The position numbers and the translations under genes were made by a program. A DNA stretch of 46,695 nucleotides, from the IMG/VR virus record IMGVR_UViG_3300050145_000015, positions 1 to 46,695 of that record. The stretch is one strand, 5' to 3'. The notes under the pieces are model-generated. The model saw nothing but the letters and a program-made list of their open reading frames with translations. It did no database searches and was not told the origin of the DNA. How positions within the stretch are numbered: position 1 is the stretch's first letter; every line of letters starts with the position of its first letter. This document shows, piece by piece, positions 26,095 to 35,267 of this stretch. The DNA comes from a virus (taxonomy: Duplodnaviria; Caudoviricetes).

Positions 26095-26703
26095 TCAGGC
26101 GGGTGTGACCCGCAGGCGTGCACGGTTGGTGCGTCGATTCACGGATGCCGCTGTGGTGGCCGATGACACACCGTCGTCAAAGACACGCAGCCAATTGGCT
26201 GCGGCTGACTCGTTGACATAGGTGGTGCCCGGCGCAGACAGCAAGCGGTACAACGCACCGGCTTTCAACGCTTCACGCCGCATGATCCAGAGTTGGTCTG
26301 GATATTCGTTCGCGTCTGGGTGGGGCATGAAGGACATCAGCAGGCGCACGGGCACCGAGGTGGCGGGTGGCGGTGCGATGGCCAGGGTGTCGTAGAGCCG
26401 GTCTGTGCGGTAGGTCAGCACAGGGTTCTCGGTGTCGGCGTCATTGATCTCGTCGGCATTGAGGTCGAACACGTCAGCCTCTTTGCCATTGATGAAGGCC
26501 TGGAAGACGGCCACGGGCACCATGGCGTTCAGGCCTGCGATGTCAAAGCTCAGGCTGGCGCTGGATTTGTCTGACCAGTAGGTCAGCACGTGCGTGCGCT
26601 TGCAGAACTCGATCACGGCGTCCCGCAGGGCCTCGACCATTTCCGGGTCAGAGGCGCCGGGCACCAGGTGGGCGAACTTGTCGATGCAGTCGATGAACTT
26701 CAC
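26095..26703 (-). CDS. head-tail adaptor/connector-like protein (202 aa)
   Basis: ALRDAVIEFCKRT and GALYRLL motifs; coupled to the upstream adaptor gene. Confidence 0.65.
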   Translation of the reverse strand: MKFIDCIDKFAHLVPGASDPEMVEALRDAVIEFCKRTHVLTYWSDKSSASLSFDIAGLNAMVPVAVFQAFINGKEADVFDLNADEINDADTENPVLTYRTDRLYDTLAIAPPPATSVPVRLLMSFMPHPDANEYPDQLWIMRREALKAGALYRLLSAPGTTYVNESAAANWLRVFDDGVSSATTAASVNRRTNRARLRVTPA

Positions 26704-27500
26704 GATGCGGCTCCTGGAACCTCAGGCGCGAAGGGCAGCGTCTTGAGGTTGGGGTTCTGGCCCGTCAGCTGGGCAACGATGCTGTTGATCGACCCAGTGA
26801 AGGCCTGGGCATGGAGCTGGGCGCGCGACATGGATTCCTGGGACTTGGCATCAGCCAGCAGCAGGTAGGCGCAGCAGTAGTTCCACAGCTCGTCCTCGAA
26901 CTGGTCATCGATGCCCACGACCTGGGTGCTGGGTGTGACAGCGTCATAGGCGTACAGCTCGTTGCCTGCGTTGCCACCGTCTGGGATGGCCTTGGGCGGG
27001 GCCACCAGCTGCATGTCCACCCAGACGTCGACATCCGCCGGCACCGGCGGGCTCACGTAGAGCGTGGTGGGGTCTTGCGGGTTGAAAAAGTACTCGCGCA
27101 CCACGGCATCGGCTTCGCCCGTGTGCCAGTTGGGGTCCAGGCGATCGCGTCGCTGGCGATCAGCAATGCGGATTGCGCGGCCGGGCGTTTGTCCATCGGC
27201 CCCCATGTTGCGCGGCACGTCCTCGAGCTGGATGGCGAAGAGGTCGAACGCGGCAGTGCCATCCTGAAACAGCACACGGGCCTGGGGCACCTTGGCAATG
27301 GACTGGCGCGTGCCTGGCTCCAGCTTGACCACGGCAGAGCGCACACCCGCACTGGGCAGGTATTTGCACAGGGCTTTGACCCCGCACTGCAGGGCCATCA
27401 CCATGTCGCGCTCGGTGTAGCGCTTGAACTGCTGGGGCTTTGTGTCGGTGAGGGTCTGGCTCACACGCCACAGCAGGCGACGGACCAGCAGGGCGGCCAT
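26700..27500 (-). CDS. head-tail adaptor protein (DUF6682-like, 266 aa)
   Basis: LEPGTRQS, RNMGADG..PGRAIR and LDPNWH motifs; position after the capsid genes. Confidence 0.65.
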   Translation of the reverse strand: MAALLVRRLLWRVSQTLTDTKPQQFKRYTERDMVMALQCGVKALCKYLPSAGVRSAVVKLEPGTRQSIAKVPQARVLFQDGTAAFDLFAIQLEDVPRNMGADGQTPGRAIRIADRQRRDRLDPNWHTGEADAVVREYFFNPQDPTTLYVSPPVPADVDVWVDMQLVAPPKAIPDGGNAGNELYAYDAVTPSTQVVGIDDQFEDELWNYCCAYLLLADAKSQESMSRAQLHAQAFTGSINSIVAQLTGQNPNLKTLPFAPEVPGAAS

Positions 27501-27961
27501 TACTGGGCGCCGCCTTCCTTGGCGCCTTCAGTGCCGGCGGCCTTGGCTGCGGTCTTGCGGGCCACTGGCGCAGGTGCAGGCGTAGGCGTAGGCGTAGGGG
27601 CTGCAGGCTTGGCGCTTTCCTGGGCAATGTGACCCATGCGGGCCGCCAAATCAGGGTGAGCCTGCGGGTTCTTGGCCAATTCTTCGGCCGAAGGCATGCC
27701 ACCGCTCTTTTTGTCACCATTGGCGCCTTCAGTGCCGGCGGCCTTGGCCTGGCTCAGCTGTACGCTGCCTGCGGGCGGGGTTTCGGTGCTTTCTTCGGCC
27801 TTGCGCCACACACCAGGGTGCGCAGCGAGCTTGCCCCACGTGTTGGCGTCGACCATCTGGATGTCGCCGGCGCCGTGCCAGACGGTGCCCGAGTTGGCGA
27901 CGTTGTCCTCTTTACGGGCCTTGGCGCCGATGTATTCGACGGCGATCTGCTTGTTGCTCAT
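27500..27961 (-). CDS. hypothetical head-associated protein (153 aa)
   Basis: GGAG SD before MSNKQIAVEYIG; Pro/Ala-rich tail. Confidence 0.65.
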   Translation of the reverse strand: MSNKQIAVEYIGAKARKEDNVANSGTVWHGAGDIQMVDANTWGKLAAHPGVWRKAEESTETPPAGSVQLSQAKAAGTEGANGDKKSGGMPSAEELAKNPQAHPDLAARMGHIAQESAKPAAPTPTPTPAPAPVARKTAAKAAGTEGAKEGGAQ

Positions 27962-27976
27962 GGTTCTTGGCTCCAA

Positions 27977-28008
27977 TGAAAAAGGCCCGAGCGATGCCCG
28001 GGCCTTCA
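27977..28008 (-). terminator. intrinsic terminator after the capsid and decoration genes
   Basis: Minus strand AAGGCCCGGGC-ATC-GCTCGGGCCTT followed by TTT. Confidence 0.75.
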
Positions 28009-28031
28009 GGGTTTGCGGCAGACAGCCGGGC

Positions 28032-28490
28032 TTACTTCATGCCCAGCGACTTGCCGAGCGCCTTGGTGGTGATGGAGGGCGTGCCCGAGATGCCAGCAGC
28101 CGCGGCTGTCACCGTCGCAAAGATGATCACGTCCTCGTTGAAGGTGATCGGGTTGAAGCTGTAACGGGTGGGCGAGCCAGCAGTGACAGCCGCTTGCAGG
28201 TCGGTCAGGCCCGAGCCAAAGTAGCTGTCGTTGGGAGCCAGCACGCCATCAGGCTTGGCAGAGCGATAGCCCAGCTTGTATTGCAGGGTGGTGCCGGTGT
28301 CGCAGTCACCGTTGAACTTCTCCAGCGACTGCAGGCGTGTGCCGCCAGCCAGCTTGATCAGGTCGATGGTGTCGCCGACAACCAGGTTGGCCGTGATGGT
28401 GGCGCGGTCGTCTTCGGAGATCGCGGCGTTGAGGATGCCGTTGTAGGCGTGGGAGTTGCCCGCAAGGGAAACAGCTTTGTACGAGGCCAT
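28032..28490 (-). CDS. capsid decoration/cement-like protein (152 aa)
   Basis: Follows the major capsid gene; GDTIDL..L..G motif; beta-rich; AAAGGA SD. Confidence 0.7.
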   Translation of the reverse strand: MASYKAVSLAGNSHAYNGILNAAISEDDRATITANLVVGDTIDLIKLAGGTRLQSLEKFNGDCDTGTTLQYKLGYRSAKPDGVLAPNDSYFGSGLTDLQAAVTAGSPTRYSFNPITFNEDVIIFATVTAAAAGISGTPSITTKALGKSLGMK

Positions 28491-28576
28491 GGTGATGGTC
28501 CTTTCAAGTCAGATGGGTTCAGGAGCGGCCGAGCCCGCAAGGGCACGGCCAGTGCTCACGCTTGGTTCAGGTCAGC

Positions 28577-29863
28577 TCAGACGCCGACCTTGGGCGAGGC
28601 AGCGTCAATGACGACGATGTTCTCGGTGGGCTCGGGGTCGCCGTTCTCGTTGGCGTACTTCAAGCGGAACTTGGCTTCACCGCCCATGAACTCGCCCAGG
28701 TACTCGAAGTTGCGGCCTGCGTTGTAGGTGTTCTCGATGATGGCCGCTTGCACGCCACTGTTCGATGCACCCTCGGCGCGGGCCAGCGACTGAGCACCTA
28801 ACAGCACGGCGCGCTCGATCTGGTGGCCAGGACCGATGGCCGCGACGTTCACGCTCGACTCGTTGCCGGTCAAGCGATCGGCTGCAGCCACGTACCTCAC
28901 GGCAGCGCCGGCGTTGTGGAAGATGGTGTGATCCACCTTCTTGACCAGGATGCCGCGCCAGATGCCGCACTCGCCACGGAAGATGGCGCTGTCCTTGGCG
29001 TACTTCTGGCGCTGCTCGACCAGAGACAGGAAGTTGCGCAGGTTGTTGCCCGTGCTCATGTCCGTGATCAGGTCGTTGTACGAACCAGGCGGCAGCAGCA
29101 AGACACCCTTGAGGGGGGCGTCCGTGCCTTGCTCGTCACCCGTGAACTTGGGCGATGGCACCTTGGTGTCCAGCGACTCCAGCCACAGGGCCAGGTTGTC
29201 CAGCAGGGCCAGCTTCCACTTGTCGGTGGAGTCGATGGAGCCCAGTTGCTGACCGCCACGCACGAAGTTGTTGCCATCAACCACCAGGTGGCGGTTGTAG
29301 GTGGGCGCCTTCAGCGGGTTGACCATGATTTCTTCGAAATCAGGATCAGTGTCCAGCGGCAGATCCCAGCTCGAGCCCACTTGCTGACCACGGGCACCGG
29401 CGCAATGGACGATGCCACGCTGCCAGACCATGCGAGGGAAGTAGCCAGCCACTGCGGCCTTGGCGATGCCGCGCAGCTCGTGGCGGGTACGCTGGCGGCT
29501 CATCTTGCCACCGGCGTCCACGTTGAAGGTGGCCAGGTCGATCTTGAGATCAAAGCTGCTCGAGGACAGGGGCTTGCCCATGCCTTCCGCGTTGCGGTCA
29601 CCCATGATCGGCTTGCCGCCCACCACGTTGAAGGCGTCCACCGTCACTTTGTCGCCACTGGGGTCGGTCGACAGGTCGGTGATGCGCACGAACGGCATCT
29701 CAGGGCTGGTCTGCTGCTTCATGGCAGCTTCAGCCTGGGACTGCTTGGGCGCAGGGCCCGTCATGGCGTTGAGATTGCCGGGGGCGCGCACGATCTGCGC
29801 GGTCACGGCGGTGGAGTATTGGGTCAGCGCGAGACCGCTGCCCGAAGCTACGTTGGTGCCCAT
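28577..29863 (-). CDS. major capsid protein (N4-gp56/DUF4043-like, 428 aa)
   Basis: GDKVTVD, GKPIMGD, AGGKMSRQRT, GIWRGILVKK and RAVLLGAQSL motifs; AAGGAG SD; follows the scaffold gene. Confidence 0.88.
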   Translation of the reverse strand: MGTNVASGSGLALTQYSTAVTAQIVRAPGNLNAMTGPAPKQSQAEAAMKQQTSPEMPFVRITDLSTDPSGDKVTVDAFNVVGGKPIMGDRNAEGMGKPLSSSSFDLKIDLATFNVDAGGKMSRQRTRHELRGIAKAAVAGYFPRMVWQRGIVHCAGARGQQVGSSWDLPLDTDPDFEEIMVNPLKAPTYNRHLVVDGNNFVRGGQQLGSIDSTDKWKLALLDNLALWLESLDTKVPSPKFTGDEQGTDAPLKGVLLLPPGSYNDLITDMSTGNNLRNFLSLVEQRQKYAKDSAIFRGECGIWRGILVKKVDHTIFHNAGAAVRYVAAADRLTGNESSVNVAAIGPGHQIERAVLLGAQSLARAEGASNSGVQAAIIENTYNAGRNFEYLGEFMGGEAKFRLKYANENGDPEPTENIVVIDAASPKVGV

Positions 29864-29900
29864 GTTGTGGCTCCTTCAAAGAAAATGGTTGTGTGTGGTG

Positions 29901-30905
29901 TCAGCCGCCAGACTTGGCCAACGCGGCATTGATCTCGTCATCAGTCATCGACAGCCAGCGATCCACCTGAGCCGGTGGGCTCATGCGTTCAAAGCTGGCT
30001 GCAGGTGTCTGTGGCGCGGTGCCGCCCTTGAAGTCACTCAAGGTGTTGGGCTCTTGCCTGGCGGCGGCCTCGATCACTCGTTTGTGAGCGGCGGCCTGGG
30101 GGGTCTTCGAGGAAGGCTCTGCCTGAGTGGCGCCCACATCGATGTCGTATTCCTCTGCCACCATGCTTGCCGCCTTGGCAAAGCGTTCGTGCAAAGGCTT
30201 GTTGGCCCACTTGGGTGAGCCTTGAAGCACGGCATCAATCTGTTGCGCGCGGGCGAACTTTTCAGCATCGCCCAACTGCCACTCAACCAGCAACGGAACC
30301 TGATCAACGGCTTCCTGAACAAGCTCAGCCGGATCGATGGGCTCATCAGTGGCGGCGCTCTCGTCCTGGGTGTTGCCACCCTTGGCCTTGGCGTCCTCCT
30401 GGATCTTGAAGAGCTTGCGCAGTCGTTGCCCGTGCTCGGGAAAGTCCTGCTCCATCTCAATCACTTCGGCTTCGGTGATTTCGTCCGATGCTTGCGGCTC
30501 GGGCGGCGCCTTGCCTGCCTTGAGGTCTTCAAGTTGCTGCGCCAACTCCTTGGCGCGGTTCTCGGCTTCTTCGGCGCGGGCGGCATTGCGCTTGGCAGTG
30601 CGTCGCTCGGCCTGCAGCGCTGCGTAGGGCAGCACGCGAGATCCGTCCTTGCTGGCAACACCTGCGACCTTGTCGGCGCTGGCATCGGTGGCTTGTGCGT
30701 CTTGTGCAGTTTCCGCAGCGACTGCCCCAGTGGCTTCAGAAGCGGATGCGGGTGCGCCGTCTTGGCCGCCCACCTGTTCAAGGCCTTCGCCTTCGTCTTC
30801 ACCTTGGCCGTTGTCCTGAATCTCCGGCTGGTGACCTGGTTGGGCGTTTTCAAGCGCCTCCAGCTCTTCGTCGGTCAGGTCGGCGTAATCACGATCGGGG
30901 TCCAT
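29901..30905 (-). CDS. scaffolding protein (334 aa)
   Basis: Acidic N-terminus, SKDGSRVLPY motif, coiled coil; lies between the portal and capsid genes. Confidence 0.75.
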   Translation of the reverse strand: MDPDRDYADLTDEELEALENAQPGHQPEIQDNGQGEDEGEGLEQVGGQDGAPASASEATGAVAAETAQDAQATDASADKVAGVASKDGSRVLPYAALQAERRTAKRNAARAEEAENRAKELAQQLEDLKAGKAPPEPQASDEITEAEVIEMEQDFPEHGQRLRKLFKIQEDAKAKGGNTQDESAATDEPIDPAELVQEAVDQVPLLVEWQLGDAEKFARAQQIDAVLQGSPKWANKPLHERFAKAASMVAEEYDIDVGATQAEPSSKTPQAAAHKRVIEAAARQEPNTLSDFKGGTAPQTPAASFERMSPPAQVDRWLSMTDDEINAALAKSGG

Positions 30906-30946
30906 CTTTTACCTTTCTCGACCACATAACGGAGTGGTTCCGACAT

Positions 30947-30972
30947 GAAAAAAGCCCCTCAAGGGGGCTTTG
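30947..30972 (-). terminator. intrinsic terminator between the portal and scaffold genes
   Basis: Minus strand AAAGCCCCC-TTGA-GGGGCTTTTTT. Confidence 0.7.
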
Positions 30973-31071
30973 CTCACAACCATCGAGGAACTACCTCAGA
31001 CGCTGTCTCGATGTCACCAGCGGCTGGGAAATCGGCCTGGCCGGGCCGAATGGGGGCGCGCGTCGCGCGTG

Positions 31072-33120
31072 TTAGTTAGACGCCTCCATGAGGGCGTCTT
31101 CAATCTGTTGGTCAATGCCAGGCGGTTGCGCCTGTTGCATCTGCATCTGTTGCTGCTGCATGCCAGCGTTGGCAGTGATGGCCTGGGCTTCGGCGCCAGT
31201 CTTTGCGGCGCTGGCCTCGTCCTTGGCGATCTTGGCCATCGCAGCGCGGGCATTGAGCTCCTTGGCGGCCGCAGCCTCCTGCAGGGCTTGGTTCTTGGCG
31301 TCCTCTTGCGCGTTGGCGTCGCTGTCGTCCGGGATGCCTGAGAGCTGGCGCAGCTGCTTGGCATACTGGTCTCGGCCCGAGACGCTGGAGCGCTCCATGT
31401 AGGCCGGTGCCAGGATGGCCTGGGCCTGAGGGTTGTTGCCAAGCGCCTGCATGACGGTGGCCAGCTGCTGCTGCTCCTGCATGCGGTGAGCTGGGCTGTT
31501 CGGGATGTCGGACAGACCCACCTTCATTGGGGCATCCTTGACCCGGTTCAGCGGGGAGCCATCGGGCGCCCACGAGTTCAGCACGATGGCGCGCCGGGCC
31601 TTGCCGGTACCGATCATCACGCGCAGGTCTTCGTCCATGTGGTCATCCATGATCAGCTGCAGCAGCGCCTCATGGGCCATCTTTCGGCCAAAGGTGTAGT
31701 TGTCGTTGAGCTCGCCCATTGCGATGGCACCAGCCTCAGACAGCGAATTGATGGCGATGCCCGATGTCACGCCCTGCGGCGCGCTGCCCAGCTGCGTGCT
31801 GTAGACGCGAGGCACGTCCTGGATCAGCTGCTTGGCGTCCTGCATCACGTCGACCTGCTCTTTCTGCAGGGACAGATCGTTTTTCACCAGCAGGGCATCG
31901 TCGCGCTTGCGGTTGGGGTTGAGCACAGCCACCATGTCGGGGCGCATCACCCGGCCCACGAAGTCCTTGATCGTGTTGTAAGCAGGGTCCAGCGCATCGC
32001 CATCGATGTAGGTCTGCTTAGCCTTGAGCATCCAGTTGATCATCTGGCGGCGCTCGTTGTATTCCTCTTGCGGGCTGATCATCCCTTCGATCAGGCCGTA
32101 GGGGCTGCCGTCCTCGTCGTCGCGGAAGGCGAAGAAGGGGATGTATGGGAAGTTGCGGCGGCTGGTGCCCCTGTCCAGCAGGCGATGCGGGCCAGCAAAC
32201 AGGGCAACGCGCACTTGCTGTGTCACGGCCCGGGTGATCTTGACCTTTTGGCGCGAGACAGCCTGGATGTGCAGCGGGTTGTTCTCGTCGAAGATCACGC
32301 GCTTGGTCGGGCCCAGGTGCAGAACCACCACCTCGGCAGGGGCCCGGTACCAGACCTCGTAGAACTTGATGCGCTTGCGGCCGGTGTCGCACCAGTGGTC
32401 ACGGCTGATCGTGGTGCCGCGCTCGGTGCGGTAGGCGTTGGCCAGGAAATCATCGTCGCGCAGCAGCAGGGATGTCCAGCCGTTGATGGCATTGCGCAGC
32501 ACGTCGGCATGGCCGGGCATCATGGCCTCGGCCACATCCAGATCCTCCCAGCGCTTGCGCACCTGCCAGCGTGCATCACGCAGGCCCAGGTCCTTGCCGC
32601 GCATGTCCCACCAGATCTCGTTTCGATGGATGTGCTCAAACCGATAGGGGTAGTCCAGCGGGTCCGAAGCCTTGGAGACGCCCACCCAGCCGATGCCTGC
32701 CTTGACTTGGCTGGCGTAGGCCTCGGACACAGCCATGTCGGCATAGGACTCGCGGCGGGCCTCTTCCAGGCGGCTGCCGAAGTAGTCGCACATATCGGCG
32801 TGCTCGTCGTCGTCAGACTCCACACCCACATCCGTGCGTGACTTGGCCTCCTGCCCCAGCAGGGAGTTGATGACGCCGTGGATCAGGTTGGTCTGGCGCG
32901 GCTCAATGCCCCACTCGTAGCGAATCTTTCGCTCGTTCTCTGGCGTGAGCTGCTTGCCCATGTCGTAGAAGCGGCATGCACGGTCAGAGCGCGATCGAAA
33001 GTCCGGCTGGTTGTCGCAGTCCGACACCAGCTCTTCGAGCTTTTGGAGGGGGTAGCCACCGCGCTCGGCTGAGTCGCGCGACATCTTGTCGCCCTCGTCT
33101 TGAGTCGTGATCAGTTTCAT
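31072..33120 (-). CDS. portal protein (P22-like podoviral type, 682 aa)
   Basis: Follows terL; FPYIPFF, PYGLIEGMISPQEEYN and TSGIAI motifs; Gln-rich helical barrel at the C-terminus. Confidence 0.88.
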   Translation of the reverse strand: MKLITTQDEGDKMSRDSAERGGYPLQKLEELVSDCDNQPDFRSRSDRACRFYDMGKQLTPENERKIRYEWGIEPRQTNLIHGVINSLLGQEAKSRTDVGVESDDDEHADMCDYFGSRLEEARRESYADMAVSEAYASQVKAGIGWVGVSKASDPLDYPYRFEHIHRNEIWWDMRGKDLGLRDARWQVRKRWEDLDVAEAMMPGHADVLRNAINGWTSLLLRDDDFLANAYRTERGTTISRDHWCDTGRKRIKFYEVWYRAPAEVVVLHLGPTKRVIFDENNPLHIQAVSRQKVKITRAVTQQVRVALFAGPHRLLDRGTSRRNFPYIPFFAFRDDEDGSPYGLIEGMISPQEEYNERRQMINWMLKAKQTYIDGDALDPAYNTIKDFVGRVMRPDMVAVLNPNRKRDDALLVKNDLSLQKEQVDVMQDAKQLIQDVPRVYSTQLGSAPQGVTSGIAINSLSEAGAIAMGELNDNYTFGRKMAHEALLQLIMDDHMDEDLRVMIGTGKARRAIVLNSWAPDGSPLNRVKDAPMKVGLSDIPNSPAHRMQEQQQLATVMQALGNNPQAQAILAPAYMERSSVSGRDQYAKQLRQLSGIPDDSDANAQEDAKNQALQEAAAAKELNARAAMAKIAKDEASAAKTGAEAQAITANAGMQQQQMQMQQAQPPGIDQQIEDALMEASN

Positions 33121-34460
33121 CAGGAATAGCCCATGAGTGATCGGAATGAGCCGGCGTCTTGGCCTCGGCTTGCGCTTGCGACGGTGTCCAGGCCCAGGGC
33201 CAGGTAGCGGAAGCTGTCGGCCGGGTCAGATGCCCAGTCGTGCAGGGGTCGATCCACGAACGTCTTTTTCTTGGCATCCCACTCGCGGCGATACGCCTTC
33301 AGGGCGTCAATGCCTGCGGCGCACTTGACTGCGTCGAACCAGCAGCGCGGCAGGATCGTGCGCACTGCGTTGATGCCGTCCGCCACCAGGACCCGCTCGG
33401 CCCCGTTGGATGTCAGAGCGCGCACCGAGTTGCCCAGCAGGCCGCGCAGCGTGTCCGTGCGGCTGCGGTTGGTTTGCAGTTCGCGCGCCTCAGCGTCGTG
33501 CGGCAGGATGTGATCGCCATAGGCGTAAGGCTTTTTCTTGAGCTCGCCCGCGTACCAGGCCAGGGGCTGACCGTTGTTGGCCAGGTAGTCGATCAGGTGG
33601 ATCTCGCCACCGCACACCTGAAAGAACCAGATCACCGTGGCGTCGTTGAGCCCCAAGTCCCATGCCGTGTGCACCAGCGCCTGCGGGTCGTAGGGCACGC
33701 TGCAGACACGGCCCTCGGCATCGGCGTCGCGCAGCATGCGCCCGTAGTAGCTGCCCACGATGGCGGCATCCCAGTCGCACTGGTACTCCTGGGCAAACAG
33801 GGCATCACCGTCATCGGCGCCGTATTCGCGCTGGTACTCCAGTCGCTCCTTCTCCAGCGCCTTGGCGTCCATCACGCCCGTGACGCTGGCGGGCAGCACC
33901 TGCACGAACCACTCGGGGTCGTTCTTGGCGCCCTCATACATGCGGTGCACATGATTGCGTCCGCGCACCGTGGTGATGAACACAGCCCACCCGCCGTTCT
34001 CGCGCAGGATGGGGCGCAGGTAGGCCCAGGCGCTCGGATCGGCCAGGGCCCACTCGGATGCCGTCACGCCAATGGGTGGGGAGCCCACCAGTGCGTTGTA
34101 GCTGTCAGAGCCCACCAGCTGCCAGGTGCTGCCGTTCTTGAAGCGGATGAACATATCTTGCGAGCGCTTGGTCTCGCAGATCTCATCCGGGAAGGCCTCG
34201 TCAATGCGGCGCTTGCCGCTGTGCGGGTTGACAGCCTCCCACACGGATTTCCGCGCCTGGGCGTACTGGGGAAGCATGTGCCAGTAGTTGCCAATGCGCT
34301 GCATGGCCTGCGTGGCGGCCCAGTGCAGGCACACATCGTCCTTGCCTGCCCGGCGGTGCCACAGCAGCAGGGCGCGCTTGATGCCAGATTCGAGGGCGCA
34401 CCAGGCCGGCAGCTGGTACTCACGTGGGTTCCAGCCGTTGGGAAGGGTAACTTCGTTCAT
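33120..34460 (-). CDS. terL: terminase large subunit (446 aa)
   Basis: PREYQ, Walker A HRRAGKD, ITTVRGRN, nuclease AWDLG and PHDA, SDPADSFRY. Confidence 0.93.
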   Translation of the reverse strand: MNEVTLPNGWNPREYQLPAWCALESGIKRALLLWHRRAGKDDVCLHWAATQAMQRIGNYWHMLPQYAQARKSVWEAVNPHSGKRRIDEAFPDEICETKRSQDMFIRFKNGSTWQLVGSDSYNALVGSPPIGVTASEWALADPSAWAYLRPILRENGGWAVFITTVRGRNHVHRMYEGAKNDPEWFVQVLPASVTGVMDAKALEKERLEYQREYGADDGDALFAQEYQCDWDAAIVGSYYGRMLRDADAEGRVCSVPYDPQALVHTAWDLGLNDATVIWFFQVCGGEIHLIDYLANNGQPLAWYAGELKKKPYAYGDHILPHDAEARELQTNRSRTDTLRGLLGNSVRALTSNGAERVLVADGINAVRTILPRCWFDAVKCAAGIDALKAYRREWDAKKKTFVDRPLHDWASDPADSFRYLALGLDTVASASRGQDAGSFRSLMGYS

Positions 34461-35110
34461 GCCTTGGGCGGGCCGTACTGCTTGATCGTCACGCTGACAC
34501 CGCCGGTCTTGCCCTTCTCAGGCTCTTCCAACAGGATGTTGTAGGCCTCGCGCTCCATGCCCACCAGGTTCTTGAGCGTCTCGCTCAAGGCTTTGACGGT
34601 CTTGGTTCGCTCAGGCAGCGAGATGACGGCCTGATAGATCTCGCCGAGCTTGTCCTTGCCCTTGTCGTCTGGCTTGGCCATCAAGTCGCCCAGCTGCTCC
34701 AGCAGCTCGCGGTTGTCGGTGTGGTGCTCCAGCTCTTCGAGCAATCGCATGGTCAGGCCCATGCCCCGCGCGATGTCGCGGCGGTGGCGGTGGCGAACCT
34801 GGAAAACGGCTTCGGCGTTGGCCTCGATCAGTGAGGCATCGGCGATCTTGGGCGCGGCCTGCGCTTCCTTTGGCAAGGCCTGGCGCTGCAGCTTGGATTC
34901 AGCCTTTGCCTGAATCTGCGCCTTCAGATCCTTGGTCCAGCCCTTGCGGTCGGCCAGGCGCTTGATATAGACGTGGCCCTTCTTGGGATCCATGCCGAAC
35001 TTGGCTGACAGTTCGCGCAGGCTGAGCGTGCCCACCTCGTATTCAGCCTGCAGCGCTTCCTGGTCAACATTCTTGATGTCGACGTAGATGACGGGCTCTT
35101 GCTCGCTCAC
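34457..35110 (-). CDS. terS: terminase small subunit (217 aa)
   Basis: N-terminal HTH (EYEVGTLSLRELSAKFG...GW), helical middle, ATGA coupling to terL. Confidence 0.8.
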   Translation of the reverse strand: MSEQEPVIYVDIKNVDQEALQAEYEVGTLSLRELSAKFGMDPKKGHVYIKRLADRKGWTKDLKAQIQAKAESKLQRQALPKEAQAAPKIADASLIEANAEAVFQVRHRHRRDIARGMGLTMRLLEELEHHTDNRELLEQLGDLMAKPDDKGKDKLGEIYQAVISLPERTKTVKALSETLKNLVGMEREAYNILLEEPEKGKTGGVSVTIKQYGPPKA

Positions 35111-35241
35111 TGTTCTTCTTGCTCGCGCACGTGCTGGCGCAGGTTGTTGTGAGCCATCTGGCGCACCTCGCGCACCACCGGCGCCTTGGCAACGATCCAG
35201 GCGAACGGATTGCCGTCCTTCTTGGGGTCATGCACGGGCAT
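35107..35241 (-). CDS. small hypothetical protein (44 aa)
   Basis: MPVHDPKKDGNPFAWIV...; GTGA overlap with terS. Confidence 0.5.
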   Translation of the reverse strand: MPVHDPKKDGNPFAWIVAKAPVVREVRQMAHNNLRQHVREQEEQ

Positions 35242-35267
35242 CGGTGGCTTGCGAAGCAGCGGGCTGA

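Noticed and set aside
27560-27600. GGCGTA tandem repeats
   Set aside because: They simply encode a PTPTPTPAP linker; they are not a CRISPR array or a regulatory repeat.
28527-28550. Hairpin between the capsid and decoration genes as a terminator
   Set aside because: It has no U-tract on the coding strand and is more likely an mRNA-stabilising stem.
30461-30853. +1-frame ORF inside the scaffold gene
   Set aside because: It has a TTG start and a Lys/Arg/Pro composition expected from shifting an acidic Ala-rich sequence.
33120-34460. Terminase Walker B reading SE instead of DE, as a sign of inactivation
   Set aside because: As I recall, this variant occurs in the HRRAGKD terminase subfamily, and all other motifs are intact.
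1594-34544. Many long plus-strand ORFs (e.g. 5644..7740, 9544..10800, 28823..29932, 31486..32841, 33159..34544)
   Set aside because: They are antisense shadows of GC3-biased minus-strand genes, with no recognisable motifs and an unnatural V/G/L/H-rich composition.
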